DNA of 64,000 nt from Novakomyces olei (lineage: Eukaryota). The translations under genes were made by a program, and so were the position numbers. Positions 1 through 13,413 of the stretch are shown one piece after another (the first letter of the stretch is position 1; every line of letters starts with the position of its first letter). The notes beneath the pieces are model-generated. The model was given only the letters and a program-made list of their open reading frames with translations, did no database searches and was not told the origin of the DNA. Location of the stretch: assembly GCA_016906335.1 (NCBI GenBank), contig JADEYG010000007.1:620001-684000 (forward strand), written 5' to 3'.

Positions 1-3000
1 TCGTCATTAGAAATCATCAGCTGTGGATTGTCTATCTTTGCACCAAGTTTTGCCTGCAATTCTGAGCGCTGTTTTAAGTCAGTAAATATATAAATAAATA
101 CTTTAATAATCAATTAATTGATCACCTACCAAAATGTTGGCCACGAGTCCAATTTTTGGCCATGATTTGAGTCGATAATAGTCATCAATAATCAAGCCGC
201 GCCCCCACGGATCGATGGTCACACTTCCGGAAAGCAAAACCAGGCCGTACGCATTCACCGGGCTGACGTTGTGAATGTAGGGTTTTGTAGTGACGACTTT
301 CTTGTAGAAAGAAATAAAAGGCATCAAATCCCTATTGGAAATTGGGGCACTGAACAAGCTCGAGCTCGGGTGAATGAAAAGGCGGCCCGAATCCTTGGAA
401 AAGAATTTAATTACCTGCGATTCGTCCTCCTTTTCAATTGCACCACCAATAGACTGAACGTACCGTTTGCTCGGGTACTCTGCCCTCGCCAGTCGCGGAT
501 GGAAAGCAGAGGCAATTATCGCCTGAATCACAGCAACACTGTCGCCCGAGACAGCAGTTATTTGGTCAGAAGCATTATTTTTATCACCATTTTTATCACC
601 ATTTTTAATACCATTTTTATTGCCATTTTTATTACCATTTTTATTACCACCAGCTTCTGTAAATCCAAGATTGGCCATCTCTGCCATCATTTCTCGCGCA
701 CATCGCCATACATCATTGAGCACGACAGCAGACAAGCCATTCTCCTCACACCATAACCGCAACTGTGCCGTAGACAATTTCGCCATTTGGCGCCGCCACG
801 CGACAATAGCGTTACACTGCACCACCAAATCGCCCATTATTCCTTCGCCAAAGAAAGAGGCACGGGCCCCGTCTGCGTCTGATCGTTTAAAAGGAGACTT
901 TACGCTTATAATAGCGGCCACGATGGCACAATGCACTCCAAAACCCATTACTTGGCCCAACACCAGCAGCTTTGCACAGCGTATATCCGCGGGAATAAAG
1001 GACAAGTGCTGGCCCAGTGGTGTCAGATGGCCCAGCCGGTCAATTGCTCCAACATCGTACAAGTCTTGAAGGGCTCTGGCAACGCTGCCGGGCAGCGGAG
1101 GGGTCAGAGCCTTTTGCAGGAACTCTGCCGGCTCTCTGCCCAGGCACAAACAGCTCAGGCACACTTGCTCCAGCGAAACCCGTAGTATCTCTGGGTCAGT
1201 ATGCTCAGCGAGCCGATAATGCTCATGGGCTCTAGTGTACATTTTTACACAAAGTCCGGGTTTTACACGTCCAGCTCTGCCGCGTCTCTGCTTCCCAGCT
1301 GCCCGGGAAGCCCAGACTTCACTGAACCTCGTGAAATTGTCCTCCGGACTGTACTGCATTTCTTTCACTCTGCCCGTGTCGATTACCGCAGCAACATCAT
1401 CGATAGTGATGGAAGTCTCTGCCACATTTGTGCTGACAATTATCTTTCTGCTCTCCCCAAACCGCCGGAAAACGGCTCTCTGCTCTCCGGGAGGTAAGGA
1501 CGCATGCAATGGCAGAATCGTCGATTTTTTGTCAGCCATCTGGGCCTGGATGGATTTAATTGCTCGATTTATTTCCGCTACTCCAGGAAGAAAGACTAGA
1601 ATAGAGTCCTGGCTCTGTAGAACTGTATCCAGCCAACTGCAAACACGTGCAAGCAGGCTGTAATTGATCTGAAACGTGCCTGACGGGGTTCTGGGCTGAG
1701 GTGGTGTGGATACTTGCTCTGTGCCGTCGTCGCCAATCAAGGCCGGAAGGTCTTCGAGGTAGTAGTCCGTGATTGGGAACGTGCGGCCTTCAATGTGGAT
1801 ATGTGGAGCATTGTCAAAGTAGGCGCACAGCCGCTCAATGTCCGCCGTCGCACTCATAAGCACAAGCTTTATTTTGCTGCCCGGATTTGCTGCCCATGTT
1901 AGTATTAAAGATTAAACAATAGTCAAACAAATAACGAAAAATAATAAAATTAAATGAATGAATGAATAAATAAATAAATAAAAAACAATGATGGAAAAGT
2001 GTAAATAAATCAGATTTGAGATTGTGAGTTTAACACTAATAATAAACATCATTTCGCTCTTTCTTCTCTTTCCTTTTGTTCAAAATGTCTTTCAACTTTT
2101 CATCTTGATATTTTCAATTTTGTTGTTTTATTTCAAATTCAGATTACGTACCTTGTAGAGCCTCGCGAACAGCGACAACGAGCATATCAATATCGACAGA
2201 TCTTTCATGAACTTCGTCAATGACAATATGGGAATAATCATCAAAAGCAGCGGCCCCCCGTGTCTGGTACATACGAAGCAGAACGCCCACCGTACAAAAC
2301 GTTATTCTGGTCGCAGCGGACACTCGCCTTTCTCCCCGAATCGCATAGCCAACTGCCTCACCCACTTTGGCGCCGCGCTCTTGTGCTACTCGATCCGCCA
2401 GCGCTAGAGCCGATATCCTTCGTGGTTGTGTGCATACAATATTTGGTGCTGTAGACGCATCGCTGTCGTCCAGCAAGTACTGTACAATCTGTGTAGATTT
2501 GCCACTGCCTGTATCTCCCGTCACAATGACCACGGGGGCCCGTGCAATAGTACTTATTAGGGTATCGTGCTGCTTCCAGGCAGGCAGCTTTTGCCGCTGT
2601 TCCAGCTGTTTTGCATCGATCACGGGGCCGACTGGGCCGACTTTGGTGGCTGCAAAAGGCGTTTTTGTAGAAGGAGCTGCTTTTGCTGTAGGCCTGTGAC
2701 CTGCTTTGCCTGTCAACCTCCCTTCCCGGCTTTTGTTTGTATAATCTCTGCTTTCCCGGCTTTGCTCAGTATCAATACCGTACAGCTCCATCAATGATCC
2801 CGGGTTCTTTACGACCTGTGCCACATGATCTTGAGCCAAACATAGGAGGCCGTAAAGCATCATATCGCCCAGCAGGCTCTTTGCGTAAAGAGCCACCAGC
2901 TTTACTAGCTTTAGGCGAATATAAGCAGGCAGCGCCGGCACAAATTCAAAGGCTACACTAGGCGCCACCGAGGGATAAGCGTCTACTGCGGGGAGCATTA

Positions 3001-4697
3001 CTTGCATCCGAGCCAAAGTGAACCCGGCAGGCAGGGACTCAAAGGGCAAGACTACCGACGGCCTCTGCTGTGAATTTTCTTGATCTTTTCCATCTGACTG
3101 CTCTTCATCTCCGGCTTGTTCAATCCCGAGCATGGCCTCTAGACTATCAATCTCCTCTTGCCATAAGCCATTAGACTTTGGCATTGCCTCTAATTCCAGC
3201 ACATCAGGGCCATTAAAACCACAGAGCTCGCTTTGCAGGGTCTGCATAGCAAAATGCTCGCAAGTAAGAGCGTCAATATGAGCTGGACACGCGTCTATAC
3301 TGGCACGAGCAGATTCATAAGCGTACCCACGGGCATGAATCCTTCGTGCACAATACTCCCGCGCTAAAGAGCCCGCTCCATGAATTTGGGCAGATACACC
3401 AACATGGTAATCACGTGGCAGAAACTGCTCCGGCAAATCGTCCTCCGGAACATGCAGCAGCAACCAGTTGAGCATCTCTTGATCGTCTCGAGAATAGAGC
3501 CAGGATTCTTGGATATGAACTTGTCTAAAGCCCTCCGCACTTAGCTTTTGTGTATACTCGGCCGGTAAAGGCCGAGTATGGTCTATGGCCACTTGCTTGG
3601 CCGCATTTCTGCGTATAATACTGCCCAGTCTGGCCCGCCATGCCTTGCTCATATCGATGGACGGTGCATTCTGCCAAAACGTCTCTTGCGGAGCTGGTCG
3701 CATTTTATGCGTTTCCATTGATCCATTAGCCGCTTGTGTCCGCGTGCTTGCCATTTTTGCTGTGCTAGCCGTTCCCTTGCCTTGCTGTTGGCGATGGTCT
3801 CCACTTGACGTGCTCGAGTTTGATCCTTTAGACAAAGCCGCCGCCTGTGCTTCATGCTCAGCTCGGGCCTTGAAAGGATCTTGGTCGTAAAGCCAGGCAG
3901 TCTGTGACTTCTTTTCCTCCTTGCGTTTACGCTCCAATGCCATCCAAATACTTCGATGAGTCGGAGGGAGAACATGCTGCAAGTTTTTGTGGTTCGATAC
4001 CTATTGGTCAGTAAACGTTTCGGTCTTGGAGCGCCTAGTTTGGATCCATAGAGACTCATAAAGACCCCCTTTCTACTACTCCTATTATTCGTTTTCATTT
4101 TAACAAATGTGGCAAGAGTGAATGTCTCTTATTGTGTTCATCTTACCCTGTGTAGCGCATAAGTGGCGGCAACGTTGCGAGCTTCCACTTTTTCCTCTGT
4201 CAAAGCCAAGATACCATCCTCATACAGTTTTGATGGAACACTCAGCTTTGCGCTTTCCGTAATCTGTGTTTTTGGATCTTTGCGTAAAAGATCAACCGCA
4301 ATTGCTTTCCATTTGCCGTCGGATGGTCTCTGCAGGTTAGATCGCCTTAAAAATCATCACCTTTTAACAGCAAAATTTGCCTCTGAGAAAGACTTACCAA
4401 GTCATAGCTTGGATTGCCCCATTTCAGCTTCGCACAGTGCTCGTGCAAGAGGTTCACTGGCAACTTCCCCGTCCATGAATGGCCGCCCACTACTTGTTTC
4501 GTAGTAGGCCCTGGCTTTTCTAATGCAACAGGCTCAGAGGCACCCTTTGGCAATTTTGAAGCTCCTTTGGAATCGGTGTTTCCTTTAGAGTCTGGTTTTC
4601 CTTTAGAGTCTGATTTTGCTTTGGAATTTGTTTTCCCATTAGCCTCTGTCTTATCGCGAGCAGCCTCCTTTGGCTTTGACGCATTGCCCTTGCCCAT
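1..4697 (-). CDS. DEAH-box RNA helicase, DHX57/YLR419W/Ucp12-like (multi-exon; 3' end runs off the window)
   Basis: Motifs GDTGSGKST, TQPRRISA, DEVHER, SAT, STNVAETSITI and QRRGRAGRV. Exons approx. 4697-4398, 4329-4147, 3976-2152, ~1889-130 and 68-<1, joined by GT-AG introns. Confidence 0.9.
576..650. repeat. 12-bp coding minisatellite encoding (NG[N/I/D]K)n in the helicase
   Basis: Tandem ccatttttat(t/c)a-like units; translation NKNGNKNGNKNGIKNGDKNGDK. Confidence 0.85.
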
Positions 4698-4947
4698 ATA
4701 TTAATTAATTTGTGGTCGGGGAAGAATTGCAGTAAATCATGGCATGTACAAATAGCAGTCTGCGAGTCCTACGGTGGTCCGAGTCTAAGATTCAAAAAGC
4801 ACTCTAAAAAATTAGGCAACCACAGCCCGATTGCACTGGCTTCATTCTACAGCTGGAAGACTTCAAGCAAATGGGTCATAAAAAATTACAGATTTGATTA
4901 GGCACTTTACACCATCACTCTTTCAATTCTACGCACTCGTAAGCGGC

Positions 4948-5246
4948 TTAAGCGTCGGGCTTTTCGTGTTCAATTTTCGTGTACGGAACGAGCAGCGGAT
5001 TAAAATAGCGGTCGCAATCAGCGTAACCCCGACCGATTCCGAACCCGAGCCCGGTGAAGACGGGCCAAGTGCGCCCTGGATGTTAGTGTATTCTCATCCT
5101 CCTACCAGCTTTTCCATACGCTTAAACAAAAGCACTGAAAACACAATGCCGGTTCCAAGACCCCAGGCCGACTTGACAATCGTGTTGGCGAGGCAAAGAT
5201 CCCATTTGTCCTGCAGAATCAGCTCGGACCGCTTAGTCTCTGCCAT
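4948..5246 (-). CDS. MIC10: MICOS complex subunit Mic10 (2 exons; not in ORF track)
   Basis: Splicing intron 5119-5076 (GTATGG...CTAAC...CAG) gives MAETKRSELILQDKWDLCLANTIVKSAWGLGTGIVFSVLLFKRRTWPVFTGLGFGIGRGYADCDRYF...*. It has the KWD motif, GxGxG helices and the central KRRxWP motif. Confidence 0.93.
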
Positions 5247-5435
5247 TTTGCCGTGAATCGTAGGTTAGTGTTTTAATTACTATAATATTAGCGTTATATA
5301 TTATTGTATTCTACATTAAAGAGCCAACATAGTACAGATTTATTGTAAAAATAAAGGAATTTGAATATATAATATATTCAATATATTATTAATATGAATA
5401 TCAGCACCAGTCAATGTATGTAGCCGTCTGTCGTG

Positions 5436-6407
5436 ATGCAACGCGTTAAAGACGAAGACACGGCAAAGTACGAAGACGGTGGGAAATATGAGCAGGATCA
5501 CTCCTTTGGCGAGGGCGGCGCTTTTGCTGGTGAGGTCGACGATGATGACGATCAAGGCGATCTTGATATGAAACGTATCGAGGACAAAGTCTGGCTCGTC
5601 AAGATGCCTAAATTCTTGGTCGACAGGTGGTCGGCTGTCCAGGATGCCAACGTTGACCTTGGCTGGGTTCGCGTAAATCAGTATGAAAACGAGCAGACAG
5701 TAAGTGACGTGGATGTTATTTGCTATTCTCAATTTAAACTAGTTTGAATTTTGGTTAAGCGGCCATTTGTCTAACTCGTGATCAGCTGCAAGTGATTCTT
5801 CCTAATTCCGAAGCAAATCAGGATGTGCCGCTCCAGTATAATTTGGCCGTCACTAATAAAGCACCGTCAAACACGTTTGTACTAGAAGAGGCACTCTACC
5901 CGGAAGACGACAGCACTCCGCCCACACAGCCGTCGGCCGCTAACGCTGGGGCAGCGGACGCTCCGTCTGCCTTTGAGCAATCAGCACTGTATAGAAAAAT
6001 GAAAAAAATCCAACAACGGAGACGGAAAATGGCTCTCGTCGGGACAGTAGCGCACGAATGCTCCGTGACGCCAGTGGTGGATGAAGCTTATCGAAAAGTT
6101 ATGGCATCGCGACAGCAATCGGCTAGTCAGCCTAAGCGGACTATAAAAATGATAGATGACCGACGAATACATGCTTTTGGAAACGAGAAACGCGGCAATA
6201 TCTCAAGCTTTATTCGCGGAAGTCGTGCTAAAGCGGCTGGCCAGGAGACGCTCCGTAATGCCCGACTTCCTCATAATGAACTCCTAGATCTTTTGTTTGA
6301 AAGCTTTGAAAAATACGAATACTGGCCCCTGCGAAGCCTGCGTGAACACCTCAAGCAGCCAGAAGTAAGTTGTGCTGTTCTCTACTTTTGCGTCTGTATC
6401 GCGCCGA

Positions 6408-6475
<68 letters not shown>

Positions 6476-6858
6476 GATTCCTGTTAATTGTTCAGGCATA
6501 CCTTAAAGAAGTCCTTGAAACTATTGCTGTTCTGCAACGTCGTGGGCCCTACGATTCAATGTGGTCCTTAAAGCCAGAATACAAGTCCAAAGTCGGCGTA
6601 GCTCGACAAACGCTGAGGGATCAAGTGTTCATGTCTCAAGCAGCTGCAGAAAGTCAGAGCCCGGGCCGGAGTCCGTCAGCTTCTGCAAGTGGAACGCCAA
6701 AGGCCTTTTCACGTGATGAGATAGAGGGCAAAGAACTTCATGAGATTGAGGATGATGATGTTGATGAAGATGAAGATGAAGGGGATGATGACAATGACGA
6801 TGATGATGTAATTATGGAAGATATTATAGGAACAAAGAGAGAGCCGCCCTCTCTTTGA
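5436..6858 (+). CDS. TFG2: Transcription initiation factor TFIIF beta subunit
   Basis: KVWLVKMPKFL, GTVAHEC, LLDLLFESFEKYEYW and LKQPEAYLKEVL. Introns 5700-5785 and 6365-6495. Confidence 0.92.
6410..6474 (+). repeat. 65-nt poly(T) tract in TFG2 intron 2
   Basis: Homopolymer read directly. Confidence 0.95.
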
Positions 6859-7193
6859 TAGCAGTTAGCCCTCCCTTTAATTAGACTTGCCCCTTCGCGT
6901 TACGACCTTTTTTTCCCTCTCGGCTTAAACTGCCATGTCAGTCTTATTCGCTACGGTCTAGTCGATTACTGAAAATCACAATCTGTCAAAAAATTGTTAC
7001 TCTTATTCCCTTTTCAAGTGTATCTATTGCATAAACAATTGCATAGTTTTGACTAAACAGGCGTTGGCACAAAATGTAATCCCAAAAATAGAAAAAAAAT
7101 TCAAGCTCCCCAGATGCATTTAAGGATGGATATATGTCTATATGTGCCTCTATATAACAACACATAGAGTTGTGTACGAGCAGTCCAAACAGA

Positions 7194-8372
7194 CTACGTC
7201 ATCTGATGCCTTTGTGCCCTGATCCATGTCGGTTTACGGTCCGTGCGATGATGGTCAACGTGTGGCGTATAAAACAGCTCCACAGGTGCAGACAAGTATC
7301 TCCGTTCTAGTGGGTGGTACGAGTACCCTGTAGGTGCTGGATCAGATGCAGATGCTTCATTGCTTGATTCCAGACGACTTCGGTCAAGGAACAATGACCC
7401 TGGAGAATCATCGGTCCCAGTAGCCGGCTCAATCCCGGATAATCGGTGATTTGCTGCTGCCGCTGGAGCCATATCCTCCGGGACTATCTGTTTTAATTGA
7501 TCAGGAAAAGGGCGCGAGTGGCCGGATGGCATATTGTCCATTTGTGTGACGTAAAAATCGCTGCCAAGCGAGTAGCCTGAATGAGCTGGTGCATTTGGTG
7601 CGGAGGATAACTTTTCCGTTGGGACGTCTATGGGCGCAGTGGGATGGAGAAGCCGGGAAACAGCGTTTTGCCCACGTCCATCTGCCTCGTCGCCTTCAGC
7701 TTCATTAGCTGCTGCTCCGTCTGCGTGCTTATTCAGTTGTGCCTTATAGAAATGCGGTCCTCGTCCACGGACAACAATGGGCCTTGTTTGCATGCTGCCG
7801 ATGGGTACAAAAGTCTCCGAGTACCCTCCAGCTCCTCCAGCAGCAACAGCAATTATTTCTAATCGAACCCGGAAGAAACTACGGCCATCACGTCGCCGGG
7901 GCGTGTTTGTAGTGGACGTAGAAAACTGTAACCTCTCCCATGAAACCCAGTAAGCTTCGCTTCCAGCAGGGCTCAAAAAAATAGGCTCTACAGGCGGAGG
8001 CCGATGACGACTCTTCTCCCTGGTTGTGGACGTTTGTATGAGCGGCACGACTCCATCGTCCTGAGAAATTGCTCCCACCTGAGCCAGCAATTTTTGTACG
8101 GGGACAGTGTTGCCGTTGTGCTGGACAAACAAGCGTCCATCAAACGTCGCATTAAGAGCAATCGAGATCTTGAAATGATTACGACGATAGCAGATGATAT
8201 CTTGAGGCTGTGAGCTTTCTTGGAAACTGCCTTCCAGTCGTGCTTTTACCTCGTATTGCACACTGCGATCTTTATCATCGAGTAATGCACTGGCGCCAAT
8301 GTAACCTTCGAACCCGGGAAAAAGCGTCGGCCGCCGCCGCTGTTTTTGCTGCTGGTGTTGTGCAGTGATCAT
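7194..8372 (-). CDS. NDT80/PhoG-family transcription factor
   Basis: IICYRRNHF, WERLQFSTSTTN and PIVVRGRGP match the Ndt80 DNA-binding domain. The first ATG is at 8372; an upstream exon is not excluded. Confidence 0.85.
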   Translation of the reverse strand: MITAQHQQQKQRRRPTLFPGFEGYIGASALLDDKDRSVQYEVKARLEGSFQESSQPQDIICYRRNHFKISIALNATFDGRLFVQHNGNTVPVQKLLAQVGAISQDDGVVPLIQTSTTREKSRHRPPPVEPIFLSPAGSEAYWVSWERLQFSTSTTNTPRRRDGRSFFRVRLEIIAVAAGGAGGYSETFVPIGSMQTRPIVVRGRGPHFYKAQLNKHADGAAANEAEGDEADGRGQNAVSRLLHPTAPIDVPTEKLSSAPNAPAHSGYSLGSDFYVTQMDNMPSGHSRPFPDQLKQIVPEDMAPAAAANHRLSGIEPATGTDDSPGSLFLDRSRLESSNEASASDPAPTGYSYHPLERRYLSAPVELFYTPHVDHHRTDRKPTWIRAQRHQMT

Positions 8373-9199
8373 ACGACTGTTTGCGTGCCTCGTAGTACAA
8401 GTGTCGGCGTGTAAATACTCCAGAGTATCCGTCAAAATAGCTGATCATAAAGCAAAGCTTTCAGGGCGGTGATCATAGGCGAAGAGGACCATAAATGCAT
8501 CAAATACACAGCCGTCCGGGAACTGTACTCTGCAGTCAAATCATTGATGTTTTGTAGCAATGCGGAGACGCGATCAGAGTTGTCGTCTTTTGTCTTTACA
8601 ATTTATTTATTTATTTATTCATTTAATTAATTATCTGATTATCTGATTATCTATTCATCTATTTATTTCATATTTTTATTTATTTATAATCCTTCTGCGC
8701 TAGTCTAAACGTCCAGCGAGCCTAGGCAAGTGTCGTAGTCGCAAATGATGTACGTCTACACAGAAAAATAAAAGAATTATATAAATAATGCGTTTATTGG
8801 ATAGAATTCAGAGACCCATAGGCAAACGGCAGCGCTCTACCGACTAGACTGGAAATTACTTGTGGGTGAATTCGGGACTAGTCACCGATAGCCCCGTCTA
8901 CCGGCTAATTAAAATTCCGAAGTCGTGAGCTGATTTGTCCAGCGACCATGTGTCGTTGCAAGCTTGTGCCTTCTTAATCAAGCCTCCGTCCTGCGCGCCA
9001 ATGGCGTCAGCATTGGCCAAACGGGCTAGAGTCTATTTGACGGTCTGTAAGGGAGAAAATTAAACAACACTGTACATATAGCGTACTGCCGTTGCTACGA
9101 CGCTCACAAGTCTTTGTGATTAGGAATTGTGTGACGCGTTGCTTGCTAGTTGGTTATAGGCGTTTCCAAACACGAGACGAATTCCGCACCAACTATTGG

Positions 9200-10105
9200 T
9201 CAATCGCTCTGATAATCAATGTCCATGAGACCATTCGGCAGCGTCTTGATGCCAGCCTGGTCGTCGCTCGTGACTTGACTTTTATCATCCTGCTCAGGCT
9301 CTGAGCCTGAACTCGAACTGGAACGAGAGCCTGTGTCTGATTCTGCATCAGACTCTGCCTCAGAGTCTGAATCTGCATCTGAGTCAGAGTCAGAGTCTGA
9401 ATCTTCTAGTCTAGCTCCACCCCCAGCGACAAGGCCAGTCGGGGAAAGATGAAAGGAAGGAAACTCTAGTACAGTTGAACCAGCAAGAACATTGTTCAGT
9501 GCATCCTCCACGCTGACTGCCACACGCGCTACTGCCCCATCTGTAAATTTGTCGACATAAACAAATTTATAGAGGCTCAAGTCCGCACCTGCTTTTGCAA
9601 ATACGTCTTTTAATACTGAAGATGCGGCGACGCGCTGCAGCAATTGCCTCTCCACAGAATTAGACGTATGGAAAAATATCTCAACCGTCCATTGTAGTTC
9701 CAGGCTCTTTGCGTTCCATATACTACGGTTTTCCCGGTGTCTCTTCATCGTCGGCGGGACGAAGAGGACTGTAGTGTTATTGTTCTTGAAAGCCATTCGC
9801 GCCATATGTGAGAGGTGCCCGCCTTTTTCTTTTTTACCTTGATCATCCTGCTCTAGTATGAACCGAGCGGCATTATCAAGGTTACGTTCCACGTCAAAAA
9901 GGAAAGCATAATCTCGATTTGCGCTTGTTTCATTATACTCGCGTCGTCGCAAATACTGCGCCGGATTACGACGGCCTTCACATCGTTCAGCCTCCTTATG
10001 TTTCTGAACACACGATGCTGAGCACGTTTTCCTGCCACAAGCAGGGCATTTGTACTTGGTCGGGTGTGCTCGGCAGATCTCACAAAGTGTTACGTCTCGT
10101 GGCAT
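9200..10105 (-). CDS. BCD1: Box C/D snoRNA protein 1 (zf-HIT)
   Basis: CEIC...KYKCPACGRKTCSASCVQKHK zf-HIT, DYAFLFDVER, WTVE and LEFPSF; acidic tail. Confidence 0.88.
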   Translation of the reverse strand: MPRDVTLCEICRAHPTKYKCPACGRKTCSASCVQKHKEAERCEGRRNPAQYLRRREYNETSANRDYAFLFDVERNLDNAARFILEQDDQGKKEKGGHLSHMARMAFKNNNTTVLFVPPTMKRHRENRSIWNAKSLELQWTVEIFFHTSNSVERQLLQRVAASSVLKDVFAKAGADLSLYKFVYVDKFTDGAVARVAVSVEDALNNVLAGSTVLEFPSFHLSPTGLVAGGGARLEDSDSDSDSDADSDSEAESDAESDTGSRSSSSSGSEPEQDDKSQVTSDDQAGIKTLPNGLMDIDYQSD

Positions 10106-10168
10106 TTCATTTTCGGTTTGGCTCGCTGTAAATTATTTTTGATATATAATTTATTGATTGGCACAGAA

Positions 10169-10299
<131 letters not shown>

Positions 10300-10562
10300 G
10301 TAGTTATTATCATCGTATTCATAAATGTAATCTTTGGAGCTTTTCCAGCTTCTGGTTATAGGGATTAGTGTCGAACGGATGACATCCCCAGTCACACTAT
10401 TGAAATTTGCTAGGTGCCTTACAAGGGACTATTATACATGCCACGGACAATTTTAAAATCAGAATTGTAAACATTGCTATTAAAATCTCGATCCCTAAAA
10501 AGGCTATTACCGACGTTAATAATATGAAAACTTCTGACCGCCGCCTAAACTACAAATACACA

Positions 10563-11604
10563 TTATGATGAAGCTCCAATCGAGCAAATGTTAAGGTTCC
10601 GCATTTCTTCAAGAACTTCCTCCACCCGTGAGTCCAGCCGACCTTCAGCGTAATCGTCCCTAATACTAGGGTCGATATATTGTTGCACTTGAGCAATACG
10701 ATTGTAGCCCTCGTCGCAAAAACGAACCAGGATCTTGACAAGAGCTTCGAAGCTGGGATCGAGGTAGGGAACACGCAGATCGATAAGCTGTGGAAGCTCT
10801 TCAATCAGCTGATCGTTCAAAGCTTCATAAATCTCTTTAGCTATCTGCATCTCGCGCTCTGCAGCCGGCAATTTTGTTGGATCTTTGGCAGGCTTGTCTG
10901 TTAATTTTTCCACTTTAGCGCGGCATCCGTCGTAGTCAAGCATTTTGTGACTGCGTTTCGTGATTGCCGAATTGATATTGGGGAAGTATGCAGTGAACCG
11001 GGTAATAGGGTCGAGCACTGTTTCACGGAAAGGTCCGTCCTGAGCTAATAAGTAAAGTCCATATGCATATAGATCATCGTACCATATCCTTGACCGTCTC
11101 TGTATCCAAATCTTCGACTGCCTGGCGGTAATAGGCAGCAACATTGTCGCGCGTACCCGCTTCATTATAAAAGGCATCGATCGTATTGGCTATGCGTGTC
11201 TGAGCTGCCGTCATGGCTATTGGTGTATGAGCAAAATTCCAATTTCGACTCCATTTTCCAAATTCATTTACCTCGTAACGAGTCAAGGAAGCCTTTTGTT
11301 TCCTTTTGCAGTTTTGTTCCAGCCGCTTCGAGTCTGGTCGATCAGTATCAACTCTGGCGTCGTTCTGTTCTATAGAGCTTACGTTCGGTATCTTCGCTCC
11401 TCCGTTTCAAAGTTTCGGTCAATCGTGGGGTCGACGTGTCCCGCTTTCATCATTATCTGATAAAGTCAGTGCTCCTGATTTGCCATCGCCGCCCGTTGCC
11501 TTACTTTTGTGCCCGTCCGGTTAAGGCCCTTCTTGAACCCGCTTGACATATTAGTAACATGATCAGCACTGTAAAAATTCAAATGCGCCATACGTCCAAC
11601 TCAT
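10563..11604 (-). CDS. RVS161: BAR-domain protein Rvs161/Hob3
   Basis: MSWTGFKKGLNR start after splicing; KRSHKMLDYD and LPQLIDLRVPYLDPSFEALVK; four short introns. Confidence 0.93.
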
Positions 11605-11962
11605 GGCTGCAGTTTCAAAAGCCGCCCTCTTCTTGACGCTTCTCGATTTCGGTCTCTTAACGAATCGCTCGCTAGCAATATGTCTGTGTTAGCTTTCCGC
11701 ACGATTCACGCACAGTACAGTTACTTGGGCGAATTCTACTTTATAGTCTTTATATTACAGGTACATTGGCACTGTACATTAATTGCGCAGTATCTATAAA
11801 GTGGGAATAATATACTATGGTCCGCCCGCTAGGAAAATATATCCTTGCCATTTACCGCGTATGTAAACAAATACAGACGATGTGATAGATGTGTAGTACA
11901 TAATAAATAATAAATAATAAATTAAATATATAATTTGTTGGCTACATTCGTTTTCAACTGCG

Positions 11963-13030
11963 ATGGCAGAGGTCGCGGCAAACTTGGAAAAGCCGTCGTC
12001 TAAACAGAACGGTGCCGATGCGAATACAGTACCAGAGATCGTGACAGAGCATTTTGATTTTGCGCCCCTTTCCTTCATTGACGATGTCATCAATACTGCC
12101 AACGAGGCGTTCTACAAGGCAGCCGACGCACTGGAAACAGTACTAAACAACCTACCGTCTGAGCTTGTAGACGACACGGAGATAGAGACAGGCATGCACC
12201 AGTTCGAGACACTCTTTACCTCGCAGCTTGACCGTAATTTTGATGCTTTTGAGCTATTTGCCCTGAGGTAGCATCGCCCATGATTTTGCCCGTGCTTATT
12301 TTCAGGAATATATTTACCGTTCCCAGCGATCTTGTGCCCTGGGTCAGACTCGAGCATCAAAGGGTAATTAATCGCTGCGTAGCGTCATTGCTAATGATAA
12401 AGGGTATTGATTTTAGCATTACCGCAGAGCAGGATGCAGAAGCAGATAAACAGCTACACATTTTACGGCAAAAATTGCACGAAGTATGTTTCAAGCGCCA
12501 TTACGATTTACTTTGGCAAACTGTCAACCCCCAACACCAATTTATTCTTTTGTTTTTAGCTTTAATCTTTAAAGTGTCTTTAGCACGGCATGTCTAACAG
12601 CTAGGCCAAACAGGAAAATGCGCAAATAGTGCAGCTAAGATCTAGATTACAAGCTCAATCAGATCAATTACAAGAACTGAAGAAACGATTGACATTTTTA
12701 CAGCAATCCACAAGAGCCAATGATGTGCAGCCATTGTGCGAGACAACAGACTTTATGCTTGATCAAATGAACACTCTGAGCTCTATAGTGCAGAGAGTAG
12801 CTGACGGCGGCTATCTTGAAAATGCAAATAAAGCACTCTTGGAGGATACGACTGATTCTGCAAGAAAGAAGTTTATAGACACCACAAGTCAAAGGGTCGT
12901 GTCAGCCTTTAAGAGCAGCACGAACGATGGAGGGACACCGCGTTTAGCAGCCACGGATACCGCTGCAGTTCATAAGGATATCGACATGCTAGACCAGGTT
13001 TATGAGAGCTTGCAAAAGGCGAATCCTTAA
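11963..13030 (+). CDS. MTW1: Kinetochore protein Mis12/Mtw1
   Basis: TEHFDFAPLSFIDDVIN, IETGMHQFETL and DRNFDAFELFALRNIF; introns near 12268-12305, 12364-12402 and 12484-12604. Confidence 0.88.
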
Positions 13031-13413
13031 ACCGCAAAGGCATTCATTGAATTCAGGAAGCAAATGTACATATAAGCTCAAGTCGGGGGCCAGCGTGCGA
13101 GCAGTGTATATATGGAGAGCTAGCACGGAGGTGACGAGTGTGTACATATCAAACATTGGAGTCTAGTTTTGTGAATCTTTCAATTGAATGATTTCAACAT
13201 TAAAGCAGCAGAAAGTAATAGAGAGATACGTAAATAAATTGAATCGTTAATTTATTTATTTATTTATTTATTTATATTGCGGCTTATAGTATTGGGTCGA
13301 GTAAACTTTATATGTGATAATCTAATAATAAAGACTGCCATCGTCATCAGCCCGCGATTCCGTCACGCAATCCGGCAAGATGGTCCAACGCGTCGCGACC
13401 TAATTGGCTCTCA

